A DNA stretch of 64,000 nt from a virus. Under the pieces are notes generated by a model that saw nothing but the letters and a program-made list of their open reading frames with translations, had not been told where the DNA came from and made no database searches. Within the stretch, counting starts at the first letter, position 1, and the number at the start of each line of letters is the position of its first letter. The stretch lies in IMG/VR virus record IMGVR_UViG_3300022746_000018. One strand, given 5' to 3'. The translations under genes and the position numbers were made by a program. Positions 51,107 to 61,584 of the stretch are shown here, in pieces.

Positions 51107-51354
51107 TGTGCTCTCGTCTTTCCTACATATGATCCGTATACTGATAATGTAAATTCAAAATGTTCTCTTATATGATTATAACTAATTGTGAAGTCTGGGT
51201 CAATATCCAATCTTGGAACATACCCCAGAATTTTCATCTCTGAATTGATTAAACGCATATACTCAGCACGAAGACGTTGGATAGCTGAATCATCTCTAAT
51301 AGATCCAGCAAATCCAAACTTTCTTATAGGCTTATGATGTATGTGTTTAAACAT
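51007..51354 (-). CDS. hypothetical protein (115 aa) overlapping the primase start by 100 nt
   Basis: Track ORF. Both frames stay open across 51007-51106. Confidence 0.55.
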   Translation of the reverse strand: MFKHIHHKPIRKFGFAGSIRDDSAIQRLRAEYMRLINSEMKILGYVPRLDIDPDFTISYNHIREHFEFTLSVYGSYVGKTRAQWTIGIDGTEVIAIQPSKSKGSLLDQESASNLK

Positions 51355-51366
51355 ACATCTATTATA

Positions 51367-52587
51367 CTAGTTATCTTCGTAATCCTTATACTTATACCAT
51401 CCCTTGTCAAAATCTGCCTGGACAAGGAATTCGCCCATAAATCCATTACGGTTCTTACGGAATACACACTCAATAATATCAGAGTTTGTAGCACGACCAA
51501 GTGCTAGAACCCAGTCAGCGTCATATGCAATCTGTCGTGACCATGCAGTCTGTCCTAGAGTAGGAACAGTATCTAGTTTATTAACATCATCTGGAGTTGC
51601 AGACGAAATAGCAATGATAGGCATTTCTTCAGCAATTGCCAAAAGCTTTAGCTCACGAGACAGGTTCTTCATACGAACAGTTTCGTTATCTGACTTCTGG
51701 TTAGGAGACATTAGTTGTAGATAGTCAACAATAATAAGATCTGGCTTATATTGGTCAATCTTTCCACGAATTACCGATGGTGATACATCTCCTGCACCAT
51801 CATTAGAAATGATATGGAACTCTGGCTTACCCTGCAACTCTTTCTTGTGCCAACGGCGTAGATCATCTGTTTCTACTGCACCAGAAGAAAGTTTGCGGTG
51901 TGACCAAAGACCTTCACCCATGATAGTAAATACACGGTTACGAACTTCTGTCTCACTCATTTCTAGAGAGATGATTAGTGGTGACTTACCCTGCTTCCAT
52001 GCTTGAACAGCAAAGTATAATGCCATCCATGACTTACCGATACCTGGGTAGGCTAGGAATACGCCTAGTTGACCTGGAGTAATACCAGCAGGAAGATAGT
52101 TGTCAAAGCCAGCAAGACCAGTCTTAATTCCAACAGAGCCAAGTTCATTCTGCCTCTTTACATGCTCATAATAAGCAACAGCATCTTCAATATCAATTAC
52201 ATCGATATCACGAATTACGGTTGTGGTCTTGCGAAGTGCAGAAGTTTTGGTAATGATATCCTCTAATGCCTTGGCTCCCTGACCAGCTTGAACATCGGCT
52301 GCAGTGGCCCTCAGAACGTCCTTGAGACTGTCTGTAAGGAATTCTGACTGTAATTCATCTAAATGATATTTCGTGGCTCCTACGCCCTCTACAGGGACGA
52401 AATCACGGAATTTTTCGACAACCAAGCTAGTAGGAGGAACGGTTCCGTTCATGTCAGCATAGTTGCGGATAAATTGCCAGATATCATTGTGAGTTCTTAG
52501 AATGCTGTCAACATTTGCCTGTAGCAAAACGTGAACTTGCTTGTCCTGTAGAACTGCTGAAATTAGCTTTGATTCTGTATTACTCAT
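51367..52587 (-). CDS. dnaB: DnaB-like replicative helicase
   Basis: Walker A AYPGIGKSW, Walker B IIVDYLQLM, and a DnaB C-terminal pattern. Confidence 0.9.
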   Translation of the reverse strand: MSNTESKLISAVLQDKQVHVLLQANVDSILRTHNDIWQFIRNYADMNGTVPPTSLVVEKFRDFVPVEGVGATKYHLDELQSEFLTDSLKDVLRATAADVQAGQGAKALEDIITKTSALRKTTTVIRDIDVIDIEDAVAYYEHVKRQNELGSVGIKTGLAGFDNYLPAGITPGQLGVFLAYPGIGKSWMALYFAVQAWKQGKSPLIISLEMSETEVRNRVFTIMGEGLWSHRKLSSGAVETDDLRRWHKKELQGKPEFHIISNDGAGDVSPSVIRGKIDQYKPDLIIVDYLQLMSPNQKSDNETVRMKNLSRELKLLAIAEEMPIIAISSATPDDVNKLDTVPTLGQTAWSRQIAYDADWVLALGRATNSDIIECVFRKNRNGFMGEFLVQADFDKGWYKYKDYEDN

Positions 52588-52888
52588 TTAGCCACTCCTT
52601 AGCCCTCTTACGGCGTTCGGCTCTCTCCTTTAAATCTTGATTATAGTCTTCTCGTGCATCGATAATTTTGTCTGCATAGTTTGCAAAGTATTTCCAACTA
52701 GGAGACTGTGCAACATTGAAATAATATTCTAGCAGATCATAGCAATATGGTAAAGTATATGATTCAATAAGTGCGTCAGCAGCCCATTGCTCAACGTTTA
52801 GATTGAGAGTAACTCTTTGCTCATAATGCTTGGTGTGCAACTTAGCGTAGCGACTGAGCAAAGCCATACGGTCTTTGCGTTCAGCCAT
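52580..52888 (-). CDS. hypothetical protein (102 aa)
   Basis: Track ORF. Confidence 0.7.
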   Translation of the reverse strand: MAERKDRMALLSRYAKLHTKHYEQRVTLNLNVEQWAADALIESYTLPYCYDLLEYYFNVAQSPSWKYFANYADKIIDAREDYNQDLKERAERRKRAKEWLNE

Positions 52889-53127
52889 TACTTACCTTCG
52901 ATCTCGCTCTGTGCTTCAGATACCTTTTCCTGAAGCTTGGCTTCTACAAAAGCGTATACTCGCTCAAATGCCTCGTTGACATTTTCGCCTTCACGCTTAT
53001 TGTCCTGGATCTCTAGATCAATTCGTAGCGACTGAAAGTTTCCCAAATTGATGGTGTAACCTAGTGCTACCTTTACCTTAGTTTCTTCGTTAACAACTGT
53101 GTTGTTTACTATGTTATTCATACCCAC
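52888..53127 (-). CDS. hypothetical protein (79 aa)
   Basis: Track ORF. Confidence 0.7.
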   Translation of the reverse strand: MGMNNIVNNTVVNEETKVKVALGYTINLGNFQSLRIDLEIQDNKREGENVNEAFERVYAFVEAKLQEKVSEAQSEIEGK

Positions 53128-53144
53128 GTTCCTTTCAAGAACAA

Positions 53145-53675
53145 TTAAATTGATTCAGACCAAATAGGAATATATCTTCCATCTTCAGTCCTCGTATATG
53201 TTAGTATACCATCACCCATACGTCTTGTCAACTCCTGTTTTGTGGGAGTTACATCATTTGTTATAAGCTTGTCATTTCTTGGTCTACCGTGGTGGTAGGA
53301 AGCAAGTATATCACGAATCTCACGAACTTGCGACTCTGAATAATACGCTCTTACTTGCCAAGCAATTGCTCCACCCTTTTGTGCCCCTGTTGGACCAGGA
53401 ATAATGCCCTTCTTGACAATCTGTGGCATATACTTTCTGTGTCTATTTACAAGTTCTGCAGTCTGATTAACAGTATAAGCTCTCTCACGATTCTTTTTAA
53501 AGTCGGCAATTAGGCAGCTTTCAATCTGATCTTTTGTAATATTGAAAACAGACATGATTCCATTAGATCTGTTTAGGTGGTGAACTCTTACTAAGTCTCC
53601 ATTAAGAAACCAGATCTTAGCTACCGATTTTACAGGAGGAGCACTATTATAATCTTCTCTAGTTCTTAGAGCCAT
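53145..53675 (-). CDS. putative HTH DNA-binding protein (176 aa)
   Basis: YTVNQTAELVNRHRKYMPQIVKKGIIPG resembles a MerR/excisionase-type HTH. It lies at the tail/replication module boundary. Confidence 0.55.
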   Translation of the reverse strand: MALRTREDYNSAPPVKSVAKIWFLNGDLVRVHHLNRSNGIMSVFNITKDQIESCLIADFKKNRERAYTVNQTAELVNRHRKYMPQIVKKGIIPGPTGAQKGGAIAWQVRAYYSESQVREIRDILASYHHGRPRNDKLITNDVTPTKQELTRRMGDGILTYTRTEDGRYIPIWSESI

Positions 53676-54088
53676 TATGCTCCAGTTGCTGAGGGGTATC
53701 CAATTGCAATAACATTTACAACAACAGATGATACTCCAGTATCAAATTTGGCTACTATATTGCATCCACCTGTTGTTACATTTTGCACAGATACTGAAAG
53801 ATTGTTAGTGCTGGCAATTCCTGATGAATCAATTACAGCGGTAACAATTGGAGGAGCTCCAAATTTAGATGTTCCAAAACTAATTGGAACAGATGTTCCT
53901 GATGCAGAGATTGTCTGTTTTAGTGCAACAACAGATAGATTGGCTGTTGGAAGAATGTTTCCACTAATGTTGGCATTCTTTCCACTAGTAATTTGTGTAT
54001 CGTATAGTGAATTAATTGCTGCAACCATGTCTGTCAAGAATAGTGCGTCAACTGGTTGTCCAGGACTTATATTTGGTAATCTGCTCAT
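53675..54088 (-). CDS. tail-associated protein (137 aa)
   Basis: Called from its position in the tail module and its Ser/Thr/Asn-rich composition. Confidence 0.6.
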   Translation of the reverse strand: MSRLPNISPGQPVDALFLTDMVAAINSLYDTQITSGKNANISGNILPTANLSVVALKQTISASGTSVPISFGTSKFGAPPIVTAVIDSSGIASTNNLSVSVQNVTTGGCNIVAKFDTGVSSVVVNVIAIGYPSATGA

Positions 54089-54106
54089 GAATTTAATTAT
54101 AGCATA

Positions 54107-54634
54107 CTAGACCGAGAAGTTTGTTTCTTCCCAGATTTTTGCAGTAGAAACTACTTCATGTGGATTTGTAGCAACCTGAATAAGAACATCTAGGTGTTTG
54201 GCTGTGTTTGGAATTCTTAATGTAAACAGATTGTATGTTGGCTGAGAGCCAGCTGTTCCAGCATATTTGTAAGAAGAAAAACCAGATAAATATGCATTAG
54301 ATGCATCTTTCCATCTTACATAGATATCAAAGAAATTTGTGTTTATGCCTTTGCTTGTAACATTATTATTACCGTCATAAGTAATTACGTTAGCAGGATT
54401 GTCCCAAACAATAGATGCAAGTGTTCCAGTTGATGATACAGAAATGTTTACATTTGTTTGTGGAATTGATCTAATTGGGACTTCGTATATTGGAGACCAT
54501 GCAGAAGTTTCAGTTCCATCTTTTGATACAATCCTATATCTAACAGGATAAACTAGTTCATTATTACCAATCAAACTTAGAACTGGAAGCTTTGATGCAG
54601 AGTATACTACTTTTTTAATTCCAGTATCTGACAT
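54107..54634 (-). CDS. tail-associated protein (175 aa)
   Basis: Called from its position in the tail module. Confidence 0.6.
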   Translation of the reverse strand: MSDTGIKKVVYSASKLPVLSLIGNNELVYPVRYRIVSKDGTETSAWSPIYEVPIRSIPQTNVNISVSSTGTLASIVWDNPANVITYDGNNNVTSKGINTNFFDIYVRWKDASNAYLSGFSSYKYAGTAGSQPTYNLFTLRIPNTAKHLDVLIQVATNPHEVVSTAKIWEETNFSV

Positions 54635-55707
54635 TATGTCACATCCAAGCTAAATCTAAACTCTACGAAGTTTGTTGTGTTTGCAGCTTTTACAATTGGA
54701 GATCCTATGGTGGTGTTTCCGATTGTTACTGGATTAACTACTACCTTGTATGCAACAAGTCCAAAAGATGAATTGAATGATGCAGTATTGTCAATTCTTA
54801 ATCCGTCAAGTAGTAGCCAGTTAGTTTCTGTTGCAGAACCACTAGTTTTAGCAATTGAAAATTGAACTCTATTAATGTTATATAGTGTTGGACTTGTTCC
54901 AACAGCCTCTAAGCTTTTAATTTGAAATGGCTCAATATTGTATCTTGAACTAGAAAGACTATTTGCATCTATGTCAAAAGTGTGTCTATAGTAGTCTGTT
55001 TCTGAGGATGTCATAAATTTTATTGTAACAGTATAGGTATTCTGAACTCCCAAGCCATCGCCAACCGTGTCATTTAGGAAAGAGTATGCTAACGACACAT
55101 AGTCTTCTGGTGAATTTTTACTTAAGTCAATATTTAAATTTCGTGCTTCTACAGATCCAGTTGTATTAGATTTAATAAGCAATGCCTTATCTAAAAATCG
55201 TGGGGCTTCCAATCTTTTTTGTCTATCATCAGATGTTAGTTGACCGTCTGAAGAACTAATAAAGAATGGTTTTGTTTCTGTTACATCACTAATTGTTCCG
55301 CTATTAGGAATGTTTACTGTTGTAGAAGATATGTCAGAAATGGTATTTGAATTATAGACATATGCTTCATCTACAAAGTTAAGTAATATTCTACTATCAT
55401 AGTCTTTTGCCGATGGATTTTCTAGTCCTGGGAACAATGCAATTTCGGTAATGCCATATCTGTTATTAGTTGGCAATTCTGCGATTAAAGATAGTTCTGG
55501 AATTCCATCATTGTTAACGTATCCTCGTGAAATAATTTTTGATCTATATGTTTCAAATCCTAGCTTGGTTTGCGATATATATGGGTTATTTGTTGGCTCT
55601 TGGGTAAGTGCCTTGGCACCACAGCCAATTGCAATATGGGTAGCAAAAGCAGGTAATTGACCAAGCATATATTTTGCTAAAAGGGAAGATCCAGAACTTG
55701 TAAACAT
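54634..55707 (-). CDS. tail fibre / baseplate-associated protein (357 aa)
   Basis: Called from position and Ser/Thr/Asn-rich beta-type composition. Confidence 0.6.
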   Translation of the reverse strand: MFTSSGSSLLAKYMLGQLPAFATHIAIGCGAKALTQEPTNNPYISQTKLGFETYRSKIISRGYVNNDGIPELSLIAELPTNNRYGITEIALFPGLENPSAKDYDSRILLNFVDEAYVYNSNTISDISSTTVNIPNSGTISDVTETKPFFISSSDGQLTSDDRQKRLEAPRFLDKALLIKSNTTGSVEARNLNIDLSKNSPEDYVSLAYSFLNDTVGDGLGVQNTYTVTIKFMTSSETDYYRHTFDIDANSLSSSRYNIEPFQIKSLEAVGTSPTLYNINRVQFSIAKTSGSATETNWLLLDGLRIDNTASFNSSFGLVAYKVVVNPVTIGNTTIGSPIVKAANTTNFVEFRFSLDVT

Positions 55708-55722
55708 AAATCTATTATAGCA

Positions 55723-56589
55723 TTAATAGCTATATACCTCCGAAGAATCCATAACCTCTACCTGAACCGTCTCTTGTGTTTTATCTGTAATGCCTATAAC
55801 CTCAATAATTAAGTTATCTAAATTAGTAGAAGATATTGTGTCTTCCATATAAATATAAAAATCTTTTGTTGGTGATAGCGGAACATATTTTGATATGTCT
55901 ATTGGATATGCATTAAGACTATCCCCAATTGCATCTTGCAATCCAGACAAACTCTTTGGAGAATATTTGCTTTGTAAAATTGATAAATCTGATAATGGTT
56001 GATATGCTAATGCCTGATTATCAATATCATATACCATATCGGATCTAGAATATTGCAATATTTCTATACCGCCGATAGATTGGAACAGCATGTTCGTAGT
56101 TGCTTCAGCATCTATTGTTGGTGGCTTAAAGGCCAACAAATTGTCTGTTGCCAATTTTATTGTTGTAGATGCATTACCTGTATTTTGAGATGATGATCCG
56201 CTATTTGACGAAGATCCTCCACCAGTTGTAATTGTCGTTGGTGTAGGGGTGACTGTAGGAGTTACAATTACTGGAGTTGATGTTGATGTTGGAGTGGGAG
56301 TCTTGAATTCTGGTGAATTTGTAACATATGATTGAGCTGCTCTTACTATACCATGATCTATGCCAGCTGCATCTGCTTGAGAATAGGTCATGTTAGATAC
56401 GGCAAGGGTATCTGCTTTAGCTTTGGCAGCACTTGCTGCTGCTGCTGCATCGTCTGCCCTAAGAGCTGCTAAGGCTTTTTGTTTAGCTGCTGCTGCAGCG
56501 GCATCTGCTGCTGCTTGTTTGGCTGCTAGCTCTTGTTGATATTGTGATCTTAATGCAGGACTTGCTGCTAAACTATCTGCTGATGGCAT
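55723..56589 (-). CDS. tail-associated protein with Ala-rich coiled coil and TP linker (288 aa)
   Basis: Called from position. AAKQAAADAAAAAAKQKA repeats. Confidence 0.6.
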   Translation of the reverse strand: MPSADSLAASPALRSQYQQELAAKQAAADAAAAAAKQKALAALRADDAAAAASAAKAKADTLAVSNMTYSQADAAGIDHGIVRAAQSYVTNSPEFKTPTPTSTSTPVIVTPTVTPTPTTITTGGGSSSNSGSSSQNTGNASTTIKLATDNLLAFKPPTIDAEATTNMLFQSIGGIEILQYSRSDMVYDIDNQALAYQPLSDLSILQSKYSPKSLSGLQDAIGDSLNAYPIDISKYVPLSPTKDFYIYMEDTISSTNLDNLIIEVIGITDKTQETVQVEVMDSSEVYSY

Positions 56590-56590
56590 A

Positions 56591-59500
56591 CTATATTCCT
56601 CCCAATGGTTCTACTATTTCACTTAAGTATACAGTATTCTTAATTCCATCAGCACCCTTAGAGTATTGAATGTTATATACCACAAATCTTGAATCTGAAG
56701 ATACCGCTTCGTCAATACCGTTTGATTGATAATCAATTTGAACTATATCTCCCAGTTGAAGTATCGGCATCCCGAACAACTCAAGACCAACAGATTTTCT
56801 TGGTCGCATTACTTTTTGAGTAATCCAAGCCATTAGCTTATTAGCCAAATCTTCAGACTGAATATATGGAGTATCTAGTGTAAACTCCTTCTTCCCATAC
56901 GTCATTCGACTTGCTTTAATATCATCATAGGTCTTTTTGTTTTTTAACTCTTCCTTTGAAGATAATTTGAAATTTGAGAAATCGCTATTCTTCATAAAGA
57001 ATTGATCTACAGTTAATTCATTTTGTGTTTGTTGCGTAAATGCTATTCCCTGGATTCTTAAATAATTTCCACTAGAATCGTCCAACGTCAGAAGAGTGTC
57101 TGTATTGTTGAAAATTAAGAACTCTGCTCCATATGGAGTTGACTTAAATCCAGATATGGTGTAGCCCTTTAGGCTATTAAATGTTGGTGATACAACAGAA
57201 TACAGCGATGGATATGCCTTGTCAAATCTTACATTCATGTATGCACATTCACGCATAATTGTTCCAAATTCATCGTAGTAAATGTTATATTTTGGATCAG
57301 CTTGAGCACCAATTCCAGACAAGTATGCACCATTTACAATACCACTCATGGCATATTTTCTAAATGAATCTGTTACAGAAATTAATCCTAGGTGATCGGA
57401 TCCATATCCAAATGCCTTAGCTGTGTCATTTCCTACAGGAACATCTAGCAATGCGTCATTAGTTTGTGAGTAATTTTTCACAAGACCATATACATTTTCA
57501 AACATTAACTTTGAAGATCCTCTGGTAAATAATGCAACATTTGTAGTAGAAGAATTATTTTCTGGCAGAGCACTTTTATCTTCTACTGTTGCAACTACTT
57601 GACCATTTATAAATAGATAGAATTTTTTAGTAGTGGCAGAAATTCTTTCATATTCAACGGCTAGGTCATATACTGTCGGAGATGTTTCGTTCATCATTCT
57701 TGACTGTCCAGTAAAGTTGCCATCATCTACAATGATAGGAGCAAGTCCAGACCATAGAACATTTGGAATGGCCTTGTCTCCATCCGAGGTAGCTGTAGCA
57801 CTTCTTTGAATTTTATAGAAGAACATGTTATTAATTGGAACTGATCCAGAATAGTTGTTAACATTATTATTAGTTAGTGCAGCTATTTCAAAGTAGTATC
57901 CGTTATTAGTTGTTGGATCAATTAGTATTGCAATACCGCCACTAGAACCACCAAGAACTTGTGCTTTTGATGTTACGTTTACTGTTGTAGTTGTTCCATC
58001 TGCATTAGTTATAGTCTTTGGATATGTTGTTTCTTTTAGAGAATACATTGTAGAGTTTCCTACTGGTTGTTGGTCATAACCTGATCCATTTCCAATTGAA
58101 CCTATAATTCTTGTCCTAGTTCCAAAGTGTGTGTATCTTGTTGACAACTGTTTATACACATAGGAAACATAATCAACAGGGTTTTGAGAGCTACTAAATG
58201 ATGGTCCATTCATAACTAAAGCAGATGATTGAACGGTAGCTGGAACAGCCTGATCAGTAGTAGTAAATATATTCTTAATTACTCCAGATATTGTTGTATT
58301 ATTTTTATTTGATGTTTCAATACCAGCTTTACCATTTGAATTATTGATAGATACAGTTCCTCCATTAAGAAGTATTTTTGAATCCATGAAACAGCCCTTT
58401 AGGTTGTTTGAATTAGTCCATGTCGATCCAAGCCCATAATAGTGATCAACGATATCTGTTCCAAATTGACCACGACCGTGTTTGGCAACTGCCCCCACCT
58501 TGTATGTTCCATCTGAATTAACATTTGGTTCTGCATATATTCTAACTCTACCTGTTGGATATATTCTTTGACCAAGAGTTAATTTGGCAAAATAGTATTC
58601 AAAGTCTTTAGGATTTGATATCCACACTAGGGTTGGTGTTCCTGTAGAACCAGATATGGAGAATTCAACAGCATCATATCTAATAATTTCACCATTTGCA
58701 TAGAAGTATCCAGAATATTTTGAAATAAACTGGATGCCATCTCCAAATTCCATGATGTTGTCAATCACAATACCAGACGAATTTACTGTAGGAAGAGTCT
58801 TGGATAATCCAATACCGTCTGTTCTTGAGCCAGATAGTGGAATGGCTGACAAAGTATATGCAGATTGTGAACCAGTTTCTCCATTTGTAGGGTTCAGGTT
58901 TGCTTCTGGGGATACTTCCCATAACAATGATGGTTTATATATCCAGGTTTTTGATTTTAGTCCAGAACTTGATTGCGATACAGCACCATAAGTCTTTTGA
59001 ATATATTTATTTGAATAAGTAATTTTTCCACTATTAAAAATAGTTGTGTCTGCCGATGCCACATCAATAATATTATTGTTACCGTCTATAACTAAATTAG
59101 TAGCTCTATCTGATGATGACGGCATCATATAGTCTCTTGTCATTACAACAAAATTGTTGTCTTCATCAAAGAACATCGCTGACTGTGTAGAGATAGCTAG
59201 CTGTTCTAAAACTTGAGATACATTTGTATCTGGACCAACAAAGAAGTAAGGGATTACATCATTATTGTTTTTTGTTGCGTAGAATCTATAATTTGAAAAT
59301 CCAATAGAGTCCATTAATCTTGAAACTATATAAAGGAATGGCTTATTGACCATCATCATTTGTGGAACAATTGTTGTCTCTAGCAGAATGCTAAGATCTC
59401 TCAATTGAATTGATAAATCTCTTGTGGAAGAGTTTAACTTAGGTGCATCATCTGAATACATTGTTTTAATAGGAACATAGTAATCATACATAGTTCCATT

Positions 59501-60967
59501 GTTGTTAACATCAAATATTGCCTCATAAAACTTAAACTGTATATTTCTTGTAGTTAGACCATAAAAAATACTAGAGTCATTATTTTCTGAAAATGCCTGG
59601 TCAAAATCAAACAAGCTTATGCTACCTGTTCCTGCTAACATTTTTGAAACTGGAAGTCCTGCTCCAGATAGGTCTGATGCTGGCTTTGTAATGTCATATG
59701 ACTGAACTCTATCTGATATATTCATAAACAATCTAGGAGATAGTTCAATAAGGTCAAAACTGGATCCTGGAGCATTCATTTCATCTACAACAATTCTAAT
59801 TCCGTTCAAATAGTCAAACTGTCTATACTTTGTAATTCCAGATTGAACATAGGAAGTGTTGGTTTTAATTGGATCTGTAAGATAAATGGTTTGGCTATTT
59901 ATTGCTTGCTCACTTGGAAGCCATGAATAATTTGGGCTAAATGATTTATATGGGTTATTGTAATCTTCATCAGTCCAAATGTAGAAAGTTCCAATATCTG
60001 TATTGCTATTTTTAATTAAGTATGTATAACCCAAAAATGATGTTTGTGGCAATGCAGATGTAGAAGATAGCTCTCCTGCAAAAACAAATATGTCTTTGTA
60101 TTGGTCAGGAACTTGTAGTCCATAAGAAAATTCTACATAGCCATCTTCTGCAATTGTTGCTGGCATGTTAGAATAGTCAACGATGTCCACCCAATCAGTT
60201 CCTTGGAGTTTTTGCAATTTCCATTTTTTTGGAACTGTTTTATTGGCATCTCCATAAAATGGATCATTGATTGTTTTATTAGAAGATGTTTTTAATGAAC
60301 CTAGGTTGATAGTTCCAACATTAGTTTGCATCTTAATTACTATTTTATTTGCAGCAATTGAATTTTTATATACAATGAATGGTGCAACATCTTCTATTGG
60401 GTATCCTCCAGATATTGATGCCGTATTAGAAGAATATCCTCTAGTAGCCAAAACCTTTTCTGTTGTGTCCCATTCAGTTTTATATGATGTCCAATACTTA
60501 AAGATGTCGTCTTTATCAGATGCATAGTATCTTGGTCGTTTCTCAATGATCGATGTATTGCCAGACATAGTTTGTCCAACTTGAAGAATTTGACTAGACT
60601 TATCCAAATATCTTAATTTATTAATTCCAGAACGTGGTCTGAATCTTCCAAAACAATCTTCAAGAGAGTAGTATAGTTGTTCTTTTATTTTCTTTTTGGT
60701 AAAGAATACAGATTCGCTATTCCCATCAATACCTCCAGAAATTACGGCATCTGCATTAGTTCCATTATCGTAATATCTTCCAGTATCATTAGCATCGAAC
60801 TGTCCATATGGTGTTACATATTGTGGGTCTGTTTTTCTATATTTGTAGTTTCCAATTTTTGAAATGTTTGTTGCATCATTTAGATTCCATTCCATTAAAA
60901 TTAAAGCTTGGCTTTTTATTGCTGAACTTGTTTCTAGATGATTTTTTAATGCTGAGTCTGTATACAT
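56591..60967 (-). CDS. large tail-tip protein (Tal-like, about 1458 aa)
   Basis: It follows TMP and Dit in the canonical siphovirus order. The ATG at 60967 is TAATG-coupled; the track start is at 61000. Confidence 0.7.
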   Translation of the reverse strand: MYTDSALKNHLETSSAIKSQALILMEWNLNDATNISKIGNYKYRKTDPQYVTPYGQFDANDTGRYYDNGTNADAVISGGIDGNSESVFFTKKKIKEQLYYSLEDCFGRFRPRSGINKLRYLDKSSQILQVGQTMSGNTSIIEKRPRYYASDKDDIFKYWTSYKTEWDTTEKVLATRGYSSNTASISGGYPIEDVAPFIVYKNSIAANKIVIKMQTNVGTINLGSLKTSSNKTINDPFYGDANKTVPKKWKLQKLQGTDWVDIVDYSNMPATIAEDGYVEFSYGLQVPDQYKDIFVFAGELSSTSALPQTSFLGYTYLIKNSNTDIGTFYIWTDEDYNNPYKSFSPNYSWLPSEQAINSQTIYLTDPIKTNTSYVQSGITKYRQFDYLNGIRIVVDEMNAPGSSFDLIELSPRLFMNISDRVQSYDITKPASDLSGAGLPVSKMLAGTGSISLFDFDQAFSENNDSSIFYGLTTRNIQFKFYEAIFDVNNNGTMYDYYVPIKTMYSDDAPKLNSSTRDLSIQLRDLSILLETTIVPQMMMVNKPFLYIVSRLMDSIGFSNYRFYATKNNNDVIPYFFVGPDTNVSQVLEQLAISTQSAMFFDEDNNFVVMTRDYMMPSSSDRATNLVIDGNNNIIDVASADTTIFNSGKITYSNKYIQKTYGAVSQSSSGLKSKTWIYKPSLLWEVSPEANLNPTNGETGSQSAYTLSAIPLSGSRTDGIGLSKTLPTVNSSGIVIDNIMEFGDGIQFISKYSGYFYANGEIIRYDAVEFSISGSTGTPTLVWISNPKDFEYYFAKLTLGQRIYPTGRVRIYAEPNVNSDGTYKVGAVAKHGRGQFGTDIVDHYYGLGSTWTNSNNLKGCFMDSKILLNGGTVSINNSNGKAGIETSNKNNTTISGVIKNIFTTTDQAVPATVQSSALVMNGPSFSSSQNPVDYVSYVYKQLSTRYTHFGTRTRIIGSIGNGSGYDQQPVGNSTMYSLKETTYPKTITNADGTTTTVNVTSKAQVLGGSSGGIAILIDPTTNNGYYFEIAALTNNNVNNYSGSVPINNMFFYKIQRSATATSDGDKAIPNVLWSGLAPIIVDDGNFTGQSRMMNETSPTVYDLAVEYERISATTKKFYLFINGQVVATVEDKSALPENNSSTTNVALFTRGSSKLMFENVYGLVKNYSQTNDALLDVPVGNDTAKAFGYGSDHLGLISVTDSFRKYAMSGIVNGAYLSGIGAQADPKYNIYYDEFGTIMRECAYMNVRFDKAYPSLYSVVSPTFNSLKGYTISGFKSTPYGAEFLIFNNTDTLLTLDDSSGNYLRIQGIAFTQQTQNELTVDQFFMKNSDFSNFKLSSKEELKNKKTYDDIKASRMTYGKKEFTLDTPYIQSEDLANKLMAWITQKVMRPRKSVGLELFGMPILQLGDIVQIDYQSNGIDEAVSSDSRFVVYNIQYSKGADGIKNTVYLSEIVEPLGGI

Positions 60968-61584
60968 TATGCCTCTTCCAAAGTAAGAGAAATATTCCAC
61001 AGGTCGTGCTCATTACTTCCACGCTTAACTATTGAATAGGAAAAATCTGATATAAACATTTCTAATACCTGGTTGTATTCGTGAAGATGTCCATATTGGT
61101 TTTCAGAGTTTGGGTTAAACTCGTTATACTTATCATAGGCTAAATAAACATAGAATGAACCATAGTGGTTTTCATACCAATCTAGAAGCTCTACGCCTCC
61201 AGCACCACCGTCTACGGTTACCTCGTCTGTTCCACTTAATGCTCCAGATGTATTAAATGTTGGTGCACTATTAAATGATCTTGATGGAATCATATTCCAT
61301 GAAACTGACATCGAAAGTTTGTCTGCAATATGGTAAGAACGCATTCTACCATTTATTGTTCTTTTTCTTTGCTCAATACGAATAGCTTTCATTTGAAGAG
61401 GATCTCTATTATGGTCTGATAGAATTATAAAATCCTCAAACTCATTTCCATCTGGAACAAAATATCCATTGCTAATGGTTCCCTGATTATTTGAAAATAG
61501 TAATGCTGCTGGGCGACCACGAAGAACACCGCTTACCTCATTAACAAATTTTTGTCTTCCTATGATGTAGTCTTTTGTTGACAC
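60967..61584 (-). CDS. distal tail protein (Dit-like)
   Basis: 205 aa, immediately downstream of the tape measure gene. Positional call. Confidence 0.55.
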   Translation of the reverse strand: MSTKDYIIGRQKFVNEVSGVLRGRPAALLFSNNQGTISNGYFVPDGNEFEDFIILSDHNRDPLQMKAIRIEQRKRTINGRMRSYHIADKLSMSVSWNMIPSRSFNSAPTFNTSGALSGTDEVTVDGGAGGVELLDWYENHYGSFYVYLAYDKYNEFNPNSENQYGHLHEYNQVLEMFISDFSYSIVKRGSNEHDLWNISLTLEEA